In this document: positions 1-11,485 of the stretch, in pieces
Numbering within the stretch: position 1 is the first letter of the stretch
Layout: the number at the start of each line of letters is the position of its first letter
DNA from: Plasmodiophora brassicae
Taxonomy: Eukaryota
Direction of reading: 5' to 3'
Assembly: GCA_036867785.1 (NCBI GenBank)
Contig: CP145418.1
Location: 1 to 64,000 of the forward strand
DNA length: 64,000 nucleotides
Notes under the pieces: model-generated
Told to the model about the DNA's origin: nothing
Database searches by the model: none
The model's input: the letters and a program-made list of their open reading frames with translations, nothing else
Program-made: the position numbers and the translations under genes

Positions 1-220
1 CCCTAAACCCTAAACCCTAAACCCTAAACCCTAAACCCTAAACCCTAAACCCTAAACCCTAAACCCTAAACCCTAAACCCTAAACCCTAAACCCTAAACC
101 CTAAACCCTAAACCCTAAACCCTAAACCCTAAACCCTAAACCCAAAACCCTAAAAACCCTAAAAAACCCTAAAAAACCCTAAAAAACCCTAAAAAACCCT
201 AAAAAAACCCTAAAAACCCT
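1..220 (+). repeat. Telomere: (CCCTAAA)n with proximal variant repeats carrying longer A-runs
   Basis: 20 perfect CCCTAAA units from base 1 to 140, then one CCCAAAA and variant units CCCT(A)5-7 up to 220; C-rich strand at the 5' end of the window. Confidence 0.97.
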
Positions 221-254
221 GCTCGTCGATGGTCGTGCACAAGAACCGATACCA

Positions 255-1943
255 ATGGCGATCGGTGTCGCTCAAGGCGTCGTCAATGCGCCCGACCTAT
301 TCAACCTGCTGGTCAACGCGCTGCACGAACGGCTCCGGGCGATTGCTGGCCCCGACTGCCCAGTACTGGTGAAGATTCGCATCCCCATTATCTCGTTTGC
401 TGACGATCAGACGTTGTTCTGCCGCGCTGACCGCCCGGCGGTTATGCAGGCAATGCTCGACGAGTGCCACAAGTACTCGATCGAATACCACTATAGGTAC
501 AATGTCAACAAGTGCGTCCTGAGCGTGCCGAAGCACCCGGCGCTGCCGCCGCTGCCGACCCTGACGCTGGGTGGTGAACCCATTGCCGATGGCGAGGATC
601 GCGCCGTGAAGTTGCTGGGCGTATGCATGAAGAACGGGCGGATCGATCACGCGGCACAACTCAGGACGAGGACGGCGAAGGCCAGGTCGACGCTATTCGC
701 GCTGAGCCAATCGGGCTGCTTCAAGACGAAACACCTGAACGTGAGCAAGAAGCGCGTGGTGTTTATGAGCTTCGTGCGATCGCAGCTGGAGTACGGCCTC
801 TGCATCGCCAACCACAGCAGCTCGACGCTGAAGGAGATCGACTCGTGGGTCATGCGAACGTGCGCCGAGTTCCTCGGCGGCCATCGCAACGGGTCGATCC
901 TGATGATGCGCTACGCCGGCATTGTCCCGATGGCGATCCGGCAGGCACAGCTACGTGGCGGGTTCCTGCTCCACCTGAAGGAGAAGGCCGACGAGTACCC
1001 GAGGACCATGAGCGGCAAGATCGCCAAGGCCATGTTTGCGAACCCGGCATCGAGGCTGTCGACGATCGTGCAGAAGTGCCCGGTCTGGTCGCGGGTGCAG
1101 GCGCTGATGCGGCAGCAGGCCCGGGTGAGGGACCTGCGCGAGTGGAAGATCAGGCACGGCACCCGATTGGAGGAGGCGGACAAGAACGAGGGCGGACCCG
1201 GGGACGCGCTGGTCCAGGCGCTGCAGGAACGGGCGTGGCGGCCGTGGGCGCGTGCGAAACTGATGCGGGTCCAGAAGCAGGAGTGGAACAGACCGCACGC
1301 GACCGCGTTCCAAGCGACGGCGGACGCGTACCGGATCGCCAACTGGCTGACGAATCGCCTACCGGGCATACCTGTTCCATGTCAGAACTGCAACGGGGCG
1401 TACGAGACGAATCGATACCATTGTACGATTTGTGTCGGCGCCCAGCAGCGGCTGGAGCATGTGTATCGCCCGGAGGTGCATCTGAAGTGGTTGACCGATG
1501 CCGACAACGCGGTCGACGCCTGCCTGCTCCAGCTGACACGGCCGTCGATCATCCAAGCGCCGGCGTATGATGGGCGACCTAGGAAGCAACCGTCAGAGGC
1601 GGCGTATCGACTCGACGAGCGAACCAGACCGGTGGCGACGGCGATCGCGACTGTCCTCAAGGACATCGACGAGCTGTGCAGGCCGCGACAGGGTCGTGAT
1701 GGCGGCGACGACAATGGCGGCGACAATGGCGGCGATGATGGGGACGGCGGCGGCGAAGATGGACCTGTCGAGCTCCGCATCCAGGACGGCAACGGCGACG
1801 ATGATGGCAGCAACGGCAACGGCGACGATGATGGCAGCAACGGCAACGGCGACGATCAGGGCAGCAACGGCAACGGCGGCGACCAGGGCAGCAACGGCAA
1901 GCGGTACGAGCGGCGCCCGCCGATCTGGATCCGGGTACCGTGA
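255..1943 (+). CDS. C-terminal part of a non-LTR reverse transcriptase ORF (RT domains 4-7, C-terminal Cys/His knuckle, Gly/Asp/Asn tail)
   Basis: Motifs GVAQGVVNAPDLFN, ISFADD, YNVNKC, KLLGV and CQNC..ETNRYHCTIC. The frame continues upstream (LLVDGRAQEPIP) to the telomere, so the ATG at 255 is internal. Confidence 0.88.
   Translation: MAIGVAQGVVNAPDLFNLLVNALHERLRAIAGPDCPVLVKIRIPIISFADDQTLFCRADRPAVMQAMLDECHKYSIEYHYRYNVNKCVLSVPKHPALPPLPTLTLGGEPIADGEDRAVKLLGVCMKNGRIDHAAQLRTRTAKARSTLFALSQSGCFKTKHLNVSKKRVVFMSFVRSQLEYGLCIANHSSSTLKEIDSWVMRTCAEFLGGHRNGSILMMRYAGIVPMAIRQAQLRGGFLLHLKEKADEYPRTMSGKIAKAMFANPASRLSTIVQKCPVWSRVQALMRQQARVRDLREWKIRHGTRLEEADKNEGGPGDALVQALQERAWRPWARAKLMRVQKQEWNRPHATAFQATADAYRIANWLTNRLPGIPVPCQNCNGAYETNRYHCTICVGAQQRLEHVYRPEVHLKWLTDADNAVDACLLQLTRPSIIQAPAYDGRPRKQPSEAAYRLDERTRPVATAIATVLKDIDELCRPRQGRDGGDDNGGDNGGDDGDGGGEDGPVELRIQDGNGDDDGSNGNGDDDGSNGNGDDQGSNGNGGDQGSNGKRYERRPPIWIRVP
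1788..1899 (+). repeat. 27-bp coding minisatellite (GNGDDDGSN, about 4 copies)
   Basis: Tandem ggcaacggcgacgatgatggcagcaac units at the end of the LINE ORF. Confidence 0.85.
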
Positions 1944-2258
1944 CGATCGCTCATGCCCGGCCGGATTTTTCCCATCCGATCAGCGTCTGACGCCCGGATG
2001 GGTTTTTTCATCCGGCCGACGAGGCCATCACCAGGCCTACCGCGACATGCTGGCGACGACGACCATCGGCGCCGCCAGCATCGACACGCACCACCCGCAC
2101 TGCGCAGTCCGTCACAGGCGGCCACTGCGTAGCGCTATTTCTATCATGTGACCCTTCATCTACCTACTCAAGACGACACTGGCAATCGTATTATGCTCGG
2201 CATCGGTTGGAAAAGGGTGGTCTACGCCTAATACACACAAGACTAAAACCCTAATGCT

Positions 2259-5200
2259 CATGCTGGACGGGAGACGGGAGGTGGGCCCTGCGCAGAACGT
2301 ATTAGCGGGCCTGGATCTGTGCGTTAGGCGAAGTTTCGTACCTTTCCAGGAGGTGCACCGCGTTCTCCCGGATGTATGGGCCTTGTGGATAGGCGCCCAG
2401 CAGTTCGTGTGGTAGTCATAGTGGCTGCGGGCATCAGCGCCGCTGGACTGCGGCGACGTCAGCGCCCGAGCACGCAGGGCCCCCAGACACGTTAGGGACG
2501 ACATTTAGGACGGCGATCGGTGTGACGTGGCGCGTTGGCTCGAAACGTGCCATGCCATGCAACTGCCGGCACGATGCCGTTGCTCAGCAAGGCCTTATTG
2601 CAGATGTTACGCAGCTAGACGCACGATGGCAGCCTAAACGGGCGACAATGCTGCAGAAGTCACGATCAGATTAGTGCACCGATAGGGATGGACGAGTAAC
2701 ATACGTCAAGTGACACAGCGTTGCGACGAGCGAATCCAGAGCGGTCCCCGAAATAGAAGCAGAACCGTTCGAAAGCGATGCGAAGGGGAAACGACGGGCA
2801 GCGTATGAGACTGGAGGGGTTCAAGCAGACCGCAGTCACCTGCAGGTCGACCAGGACAGGAACTGGATTACGTGACGACTGCAGACCAGCATCAGAAAGA
2901 CGCAGTCACCTGAATTTCAACGAGGACAGGAACTGGTTTACGGGACAACTGTGGACCAGCGTCAGAATTATGCCGGCATCAGCGGTGACACAGATCTCAT
3001 CAGGATTCTTACCAGCATAGCTTGGGTCTGCCAGAATGCCGGGGAAGTCAGCTGGGACAACAGGTTAATGGACCAACACGTCGCAGAAGAGCGGATTCAT
3101 CTGCAGGACAACTGCTCGCTGCAGGTGCACATGCTGGTCTGGAGGCGAGTCCTGTCCAGAATGTCAGAGATCTAGGAGCCTCTCCATCAGACGACAACTC
3201 TCACCTGTCCTGGAGGTGCTCGGCGTCAGACCAGACGTGTCTGGCGCGTCAGTAGACGCCTTCCGGAACGTGTTGTGGTCGTAGTGATTCTATTGGGCCC
3301 TCGCAGTTGGTCGGCGGCGACGTCGGCGCGGGTCAGGCAGGATCGTCAAGGCGTCGACGACCTCCGAAGCCGAACAAATGGCACGTCGGGCGGTCGCGTA
3401 CGACGTTGCAGTGGGCGGCGTTGACGAGAGGCGGCATGCGTCATTGGGTCGTCGATCGCGCCGACGACAGCCCATCACGGAGTTGGCGCCTGCGTCGCGT
3501 TGACCGGCCGCCGCCTTGGTTCGATGGCTGTGTACCGACCTGGACCCGGACATGTACCAGGTCGAAACGATTTGTATCGCCCTCCATCGGCACCATCGCA
3601 AGACACCCGTTACTGAACGATGTCGTGCAGCACAACCAGGTCGACTACGACCTGGTTCGGGGCCATACCTGGGCGCGCCAGCGACACTGGAGACGAGGCG
3701 TGTGCTGGGAGACTGTCGAGTCTGTCGCAACCAAACGTTCTGCGCGGGCGATACGATTCCCAATCAGCGTGCGTCACTCGTTCATTCTGGTCTGCCGTGG
3801 TCAACACGTACGCCTGGACGACGTCGGCGCCCTCGATCGACGACGGGCGCGGCGCAGGGCACTCACAAACGCTGTCGATCGACGATACGGCTGAAGCCAG
3901 AAAGATTTTCAGGTTGTTGTACGCGAGTGATGACGCGCTGTGCTCCTATTGAACGGAGATGCTTTGGCGACTTTGTCGGCGGCGGGTCGTCGGCGTCAGC
4001 CAGGCACCCGCACGCTGACCGGCGGTAACGGGCGCTGGGCGCCGCTGTCCTGCTGGACGACCCGCATTCGATAAACGGTGCATGACAGGAGCGCGTGCGA
4101 CCGATTGCAACGATCGGCGCGCCGCCACAGCTGAGGAGCAGGTCGGCACGACGTTGTCCCCGCCTCGCCTACGCGGGACGACTGCTGTCTTGCAGGTGCC
4201 CATGCTTGACGAGAGACAGCAGGTGTGCCCTGCCCAGCACGTATTAGCGGGCTAGGCTCTGTGCGTTTGGCGAAGAATCGTACCTGTCATGGAGGTCCAA
4301 CGCGTTCTCCCGGATGTATGGGGCTTGTTGGCAGGCTCCCGGCTCAACAGTTCGTGTTGTGGCCATAGTGGGCTCCGGGCATCAGGGCCGCTGGACGGCG
4401 GCGACGTCAGCGCCCGAACATGCAGGACTGCCAGACGCGTCCGGAACGACAAGTAGGGCGGCGGTCGGTGTGGCCTGGCGGGTTGGCTCGGAATGTGCCA
4501 TGCAACTGCCAGCACGATGCCGTTGCTCAGCAAGGCCTTATAGCAGACGTTACGCAGCTAGACGCACGATGGCAGCAGAAACGGGCGACACGTCTGCAGA
4601 GGTCGTGGTCAGATTAGTGCACCGATTGGGATGGACGAGTAACATACGTCAAGCGACACATTGTCGAATGGCGGCGAGCGAGTCCAGGGCGGTCCCTGCA
4701 CTAGAAGCAGAATCGTTCAAATGCGAAGCCGAGGATGGAAGACGGGCAGCCTACCGGAATGGAGTGGTTCAAGCCGATTGCCGTCAATTGACGGTCAATT
4801 AGGACAGAAACTGGATTACGTGACGACTTACAGCCAGCATCAGAAAGTTGGCAGTCACCTGAATTTCAACGAGGGCAGGAACTGGCTTCCGGGACGACGG
4901 TGGACCAGGATCAGAAGTAATGCCACCATCAACGGTGACACTGATTTCGGCAGGATTTGTCAGGATACCAGGCCGGATGTCAGCAGAAACAACAGGTTAA
5001 TGGGCCAACACGTCGCAGAAGAGCAGGTTCATCGGCAGGACGACTGCTTGCTGCAGGTGCTGATTCTGGCCTAACGACGGCAGGCGTGTCAGTAGACGCC
5101 CTGCATGACGTGTTGCGATCGTAGGGAATCAATTGGCCCGTGCAGTTGGATGTCGGGGGGCGACGTCGGCGCGGACGGAGGCAGGGCAGGGAGGCGCGAC

Positions 5201-8114
5201 AGGGCGTCGACGACAAGGGATGTCGAATACACAGGGTCATCGGCCGGCAGTGTTGACGTCGTCGGGTCGTCAGTCGCCCCGACGACGCCCGCCACGGAGT
5301 CGGCGGCTGCCTTGACGTTGACTGGCGCCCACCTTCAATCGATGGGTGTGTCTACGCCCATCGTACTTGTCCTGGGGATAGCATCGAACACAGACGTATA
5401 TCGCCATCCATCCGCATACACACCATAAACACAAGCGACAGTAACCCGACCGATGTCGTGCCCTGCAACAGAACTGGACGCGGTCTGCGACACGCTCGAT
5501 ACACATCAGCAGAATAGAATCCGACATTCTCTGTTATGCCGACGTTCGCCGGCCGCACACGGCCCGAATTGTCTGGCTGACGTCCGAGTTTGCTAGACCG
5601 TGTACATATACAGAGGCCAGTCGCGAACGTGATCAAGATGTCCTGCCGTGATGGTGCAGTGGTGCGCGGACGTTCATATCGTGGCTCCTGCACGATTTCG
5701 ACTCTCCCAGTGGTTCCGAAGCGGAGTTTGCCTGGTCCATTTTGGACCCCCCCCCCCCCCCCCCAAATCATTCCCTAAAGGTATCGGACACCGTGTTCAC
5801 ACCGTCAACTCGGCCGCCGCCTTGGTTCGATGGCTGTGTATCGACCTGGACCCGGACATGTACCAGGTCGGAACGATATGTATCGCCCTCCATCGGCACC
5901 ATCGCAAGACACCCGTTACTGAACGATGTCGTGCAGCACAACCAGGTCGACTACGACCTGGTTCGGGGCCATACCTGGGCGCGCCAGCGACACTGGAGAC
6001 GAGGCGTGTGCTGGGAGACTGTCGAGTCTGTCGCAACCAAACGTTCTGCGCGGGCGATACGATTCCCAATCAGCGTGCGTCACTCGTTCATTCTGGTCTG
6101 CCGTGGTCAACACGTACGCCCGGACGACGTCGGCGCCCTCGATCGACGACGGGCGCGGCGCAGGGCACTCACAAACGCTGTCGATCGACGATACGGCTGA
6201 AGCCAGAAAGATTTTCAGGTTGTTGTACGCGAGTGATGACGCGCTGTGCTCCTATTGAACGGAGATGCTTTGGCGACTTTGTCGGCGGCGGGTCGTCGGC
6301 GTCAGCCAGGCACCCGCACGCTGACCGGCGGTAACGGGCGCTGGGCGCCGCTGTCCTGCTGGACGACCCGCATTCGATAAACGGTGCATGACAGGAGCGC
6401 GTGCGACCGATTGCAACGATCGGCGCGCCGCCACAGCTGAGGAGCAGGTCGGCACGACGTTGTCCCCGCCTCGCCTACGCGGGACGACTGCTGTCTTGCA
6501 GGTGCCCATGCTTGACGAGAGACAGCAGGTGTGCCCTGCCCAGCACGTATTAGCGGGCTAGGCTCTGTGCGTTTGGCGAAGAATCGTACCTGTCATGGAG
6601 GTCCAACGCGTTCTCCCGGATGTATGGGGCTTGTTGGCAGGCTCCCGGCTCAACAGTTCGTGTTGTGGCCATAGTGGCTCCGGGCATCAGGGCCGCTGGA
6701 CGGCGGCGACGTCAGCGCCCGAACATGCAGGACTGCCAGACGCGTCCGGAACGACAAGTAGGGCGGCGGTCGGTGTGGCCTGGCGGGTTGGCTCGGAATG
6801 TGCCATGCAACTGCCAGCACGATGCCGTTGCTCAGCAAGGCCTTATAGCAGACGTTACGCAGCTAGACGCACGATGGCAGCAGAAACGGGCGACACGTCT
6901 GCAGAGGTCGTGGTCAGATTAGTGCACCGATTGGGATGGACGAGTAACATACGTCAAGCGACACATTGTCGAATGGCGGCGAGCGAGTCCAGGGCGGTCC
7001 CTGCACTAGAAGCAGAATCGTTCAAATGCGAAGCCGAGGATGGAAGACGGGCAGCCTACCGGAATGGAGTGGTTCAAGCCGATTGCCGTCAATTGACGGT
7101 CAATTAGGACAGAAACTGGATTACGTTACGACTTACAGCCAGCATCAGAAAGTTGGCAGTCACCTGAATTTCAACGAGGGCAGGAACTGGCTTCCGGGAC
7201 GACGGTGGACCAGGATCAGAAGTAATGCCACCATCAACGGTGACACTGATTTCGGCAGGATTTGTCAGGATACCAGGCCGGATGTCAGCAGAAACAACAG
7301 GTTAATGGGCCAACACGTCGCAGAAGAGCAGGTTCATCGGCAGGACGACTGCTTGCTGCAGGTGCTGATTCTGGCCTAACGACGGCAGGCGTGTCAGTAG
7401 ACGCCCTGCATGACGTGTTGCGATCGTAGGGAATCAATTGGCCCGTGCAGTTGGATGTCGGGGGGCGACGTCGGCGCGGACGGAGGCAGGGCAGGGAGGC
7501 GCGACAGGGCGTCGACGACAAGGGATGTCGAATACACAGGGTCATCGGCCGGCAGTGTTGACGTCGTCGGGTCGTCAGTCGCCCCGACGACGCCCGCCAC
7601 GGAGTCGGCGCTGCCTTGACGTTGACTGGCGCCCACCTTCAATCGATGGGTGTGTCTACGCCCATCGTACTTGTCCTGGGGATAGCATCGAACACAGACG
7701 TATATCGCCATCCATCCGCATACACACCATAAACACAAGCGACAGTAACCCAACCGATGTCGTGCCCGGCAACAGAACTGGACGCGGTCTGCGACGCGCT
7801 CGATACACATCAGCAGAATAGAATCCGACATTCTCTGTCATGCCGACGTTCGCCGGCCGCACACGGCCCGAATTGTCTGGCTGACGTCCGAGTTTGCCAG
7901 ACAGTGTGCATATACAGAGGCCACTCGCGAACGTGATCAAGATGTCCTGCCGTGATGGTGCAGTGGTGCGCGGACGTTCATATCGTAGCTCCTGCACGAT
8001 TTCGATTCTCCCACTGCTTCCGAAGCGGAGTTTGCCTGGTCCATTTTGGACCCCCCCCCCCCCTAAATGATTCCCTAAAGGTATCGGACACCGTGTTCAC
8101 ACCGTCAACTCGGC
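2259..8114. repeat. Subtelomeric tandem repeat of ~2.3 kb: two near-identical units (~3506-5811, ~5812-8114) plus a diverged partial copy (~2259-3350)
   Basis: Identical ORFs recur at offset ~2305 (3946/6252, 4661/6966, 4980/7285); 2259-3300 aligns with many substitutions to ~4201-5200. Confidence 0.92.
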
Positions 8115-11100
8115 GGCGCGGTAGCTGGTGCAACGCCCGCCGTCCCGCCAACATTGTAATGTCCCTACCTACTCTATCGTCATTTATGCGTTCAGGTCGC
8201 TACGGTTCGGTATTCCAGTTGGGACGCGCTTGTCAGGCCCGACGTACGTGGTACAAATCTTCACAGTTCGACAGCAGCAGAGTATCAGCGCCTCAACACA
8301 CTGCAGGTAAAGTTTCATTACTGTCGTGGTAGGATGGTGGCTCCCACCCCATGTTTGGACCGACTCGTTTGAATTCGAGAAAAATTCAAAAGCTGGCCTG
8401 CAACGCGCGAGCGCGTTGCAGGCCAGTAACACACGCGAAGAGAGTTACCCTGAGTTTACGAAGGCGCGCTGCCCTACTCCAATAGTGAACAGCTGACAAG
8501 TCGGCAGCTGACTATATGTGCAGCCACGATGATGATGGGACGAATGTACTATCGATCGCATAATATCTAACGTAAAGAGCGCAGGGCAATGATTATAGCG
8601 ATATCACTGTGACGCGTCTGGTGCTCCAGTGCACCAGTTCCTGTTGTACATGCCCTTGCAGGATTGCTGCTTGCACTTGCCGCAGACATTCTTAGGCGCT
8701 CGTGGTTTCTTGGGCTGACCTACATTCTTTGTCGGTTTGGAAATGCCTGATCGCATAGCGTCATGGACGGTGCCGTTGACGGCCAAGGCAGCAACAGGAG
8801 ACACAGGAGGTACCAGACGGGCCATAATCGCGACAGAGCCACCTGTGGTACTGCGATCGGGTGAAGTAGGCGATGCACCCGTCGGTTGAGAAGGACAATA
8901 ATGAAGTGGATGTATTACGTACGGCGTGTGCGGCGGACGTTACAGTGGCGACGTAGTCGCCGACGGTGTAACGGTTGCCAACGCCGGCGGGCACGGAGTC
9001 GCGGAGTGCGTGACGGCGTTCACGTGCTGCAGGCATGTGCTGCTGGTCGTAGTGGATACGTTGTTCGACACGCCCCCTCCAGCAGCACACGGCCTGGGAC
9101 TTGTGTCGATGATGCCGGCCAGGAGCAGGTTCGCATGATACGAGGTGCTGAGAGCGGGCTTCGTGAGGTAGTCTGCAGCCATCTCGGCGGACGGGCACTT
9201 GTGGACCACAATCAAACTGGCCTCGACGGCCTCCCGGGTGTAGTGAAACTGCACCTCGATGTCCTTCGTTCGATCATCCATCCGACGATAGCCAGACCAG
9301 GCCTTCGCGCCTTGATTGTCCTCGTATACGATCGTCGGACTGGAGCGTGCGAAGCCGATTTCGGTCAGGAATGACCGGATCCAGGCCAGCTGGCGGGTAA
9401 CAGCACACAGCGACTTGATCTCTGCATGTGTGGACGATAAGCTAACTTTGACTGCGCCCAGGTCTTGGCGACGTGACTGCCAGTGCACGGGGCCGCCAGC
9501 CAGCAGGATGATGTGGCCGGAGCGCGACCGTCGCGTGTCAGGGTCGGATGCCCAATCAGCGTCGGCGTATGCGATCAGACGATCTTCGGGCTGGCGTTCG
9601 TATCGGATGCCGTGCGTCATGGTGCCGGCGAGGTACTTAAGAACGCGTTGCCCCGCACGCCAATGCTGGATGCCGGGATTCGAGGAGAATTGGGCCAGTA
9701 CATTCGTTATGTACGCGATGTCGGGACGGCATCGATGGGCGAGCCATGTCAGGCAGCCAATAAGTTTGAGGTACGGCTTGGTCGCCATTTCGTCGCGGTC
9801 GAGGTCGCTTTGTGGACTCATTGTCGTTGATAGGTGAACGCCAGGCTGGTGCGGCGTGTCGACCGGATGACAATGCGACATGTTGAAGTCGCTCAACACC
9901 TTCTCGATGTACTCGGCTTGGTCAAGGGTGATGGCGCCGGTGCCAGGTTCGCGTCGGATGCGCATGCCAAGCAGGGTCGACGGTTCACCTTGATCGGTGA
10001 TCTCGGCCATCGCGGAGAGCTTCTCGAGAACGGATTCCGCGAACGGGACGTCATTGTACGCCATCAGACCGTCGTCGGTGTGCACCGACATGATCATGAA
10101 CTTTCCATCGCGATCGTACCGGAAGACGCAGGGGTCCGCGATGATCGATTCGAATCCGAGTGATAACAGCATCTCCCGAAGCGCCTTGTACCAACGTTCG
10201 GCGCCTTGTTTCGTTCCATAAAGGGCCTTTTGCAGTTGACGAACTCGGTACGGGACGTGATGATCGGTGAAGCCATCCGGCTGACGAATGTAAACATCAT
10301 GGAGCATGTCGGCGTTCAGGTATGCGGCCACCCAGTCGACCTGGCGAAGATGCAGGCCGTGCTGCGCCGCGAGCGCTAGGATAACGAGGAACGCAGTGGC
10401 ACGGGCGGTCGGCGCGAACGTATCGTCGAAGTCGATGCCGGGGCGTTGTCGGAAGCCCTGAGCACAGAGTCGGGCGGTGAACTTGCGGATGCCACCGTTG
10501 CCACTGAGCGAGGACTTCACTCGGAACACCCACTTGGCGCCAACAGCGATCTTACTTTTCGGCAGGTCGATTAGCGGGCCGAACGTGTCCTTGGCGTCCA
10601 GTGTTGCCATCTGGGTGACGGCGGCGTCCCACCAGTGGCCAGCGAAAGGTGATGAGAGGGCATCGGCCATTGAGTTGGGTACGGGAATGTCGGTCGCTTT
10701 CAGCTTCGACAGGTCGGGTCGTGGTAGACGGGCTGGGTCGATCGGGGCGGATACCTTGGCTCGACATGCCTTGGCAGCGGCGCCGCGACATGTCGGACGG
10801 TTGGACCTGATGGCCTGATCGATCAGACGGCGCTCCTCAACCTGCTGCCAATGCCGGATCAGTCGGCGGGAGCGACGAGGAGGGCGCTGTGTCGGGAACG
10901 TTAGGGTCGGATTCTGGAACCAGGCGTCGACCGTCGAGGACCACCGTGTCGACGAACGATTGGCCGCCTCCGGCGCCTTCCACCATTCACCAGGCGGTTG
11001 ACGACGACGATTCGATCGGCGAGGGCGTGGCACGTCGATGACATTGTGGTCAACGATATCAGCAGCATCGGAATTGTCGTGGACGTCGGGGTCGGCAGCT

Positions 11101-11458
11101 TCGTTAGGAGAGTCGTTGCTGGACGCCGAACCTTCGTAGTCGGGATCATCTTCAGCGTCATCATCATCTTCGTCGGTGGATACGTCATCAGGAGACGGTG
11201 AGCGCGACGGTCGGACGATCTCGGAAGGCGATGACGCAGCGGCAGGTGACGGAGGCTCGGGAGGGGATGCTGCGAGAGAGGATGCTGACGTCGATGGTAG
11301 AGGTGCCATGACGGCGTCGGAAGAGACGGGCGTCGGGACGATCGTGTCAACGTTCGGCGCAGAGCTCGACTCGGGACTGGACGGTGGCGCTGATGATGAA
11401 CTAGCAGGGCTGGATCTTCCAAAGCCGAATGTGAACGAGGTCTCCAGGAACTCGGCAG

Positions 11459-11485
11459 TGTAGACCGGGACCGGTCCGGTCTACA
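11459..11485. mobile_element. 27-bp palindromic TGTAGACCGG..CCGGTCTACA insertion
   Basis: Flanked by 4-bp duplication GCAG; the 31 added nt account for the pol frameshift (removal restores ESTTAEFLE). Confidence 0.85.

Larger units (their letters stand above)
221..2242 (+). mobile_element. 5'-truncated non-LTR (LINE-type) retrotransposon abutting the telomere
   Basis: The RT reading frame is open from the telomere junction. The 3' limit is inferred from a telomeric remnant (CTAAAACCCTAA, 2243-2254), after which subtelomeric repeat sequence starts. Confidence 0.8.

Noticed and set aside
255-1943. Telomerase (TERT) or Penelope-like RT
   Set aside because: The GVxQG..P.LFN, FADD and C-terminal CxxC..ET..H..C pattern fits LINE-type RTs; no TERT-specific motifs are visible. 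A phylogeny would be needed to be definitive.
3300-8100. Protein-coding genes in the 2.3-kb repeats
   Set aside because: ORFs are short, differ by frameshifts between copies and lack intact domains.
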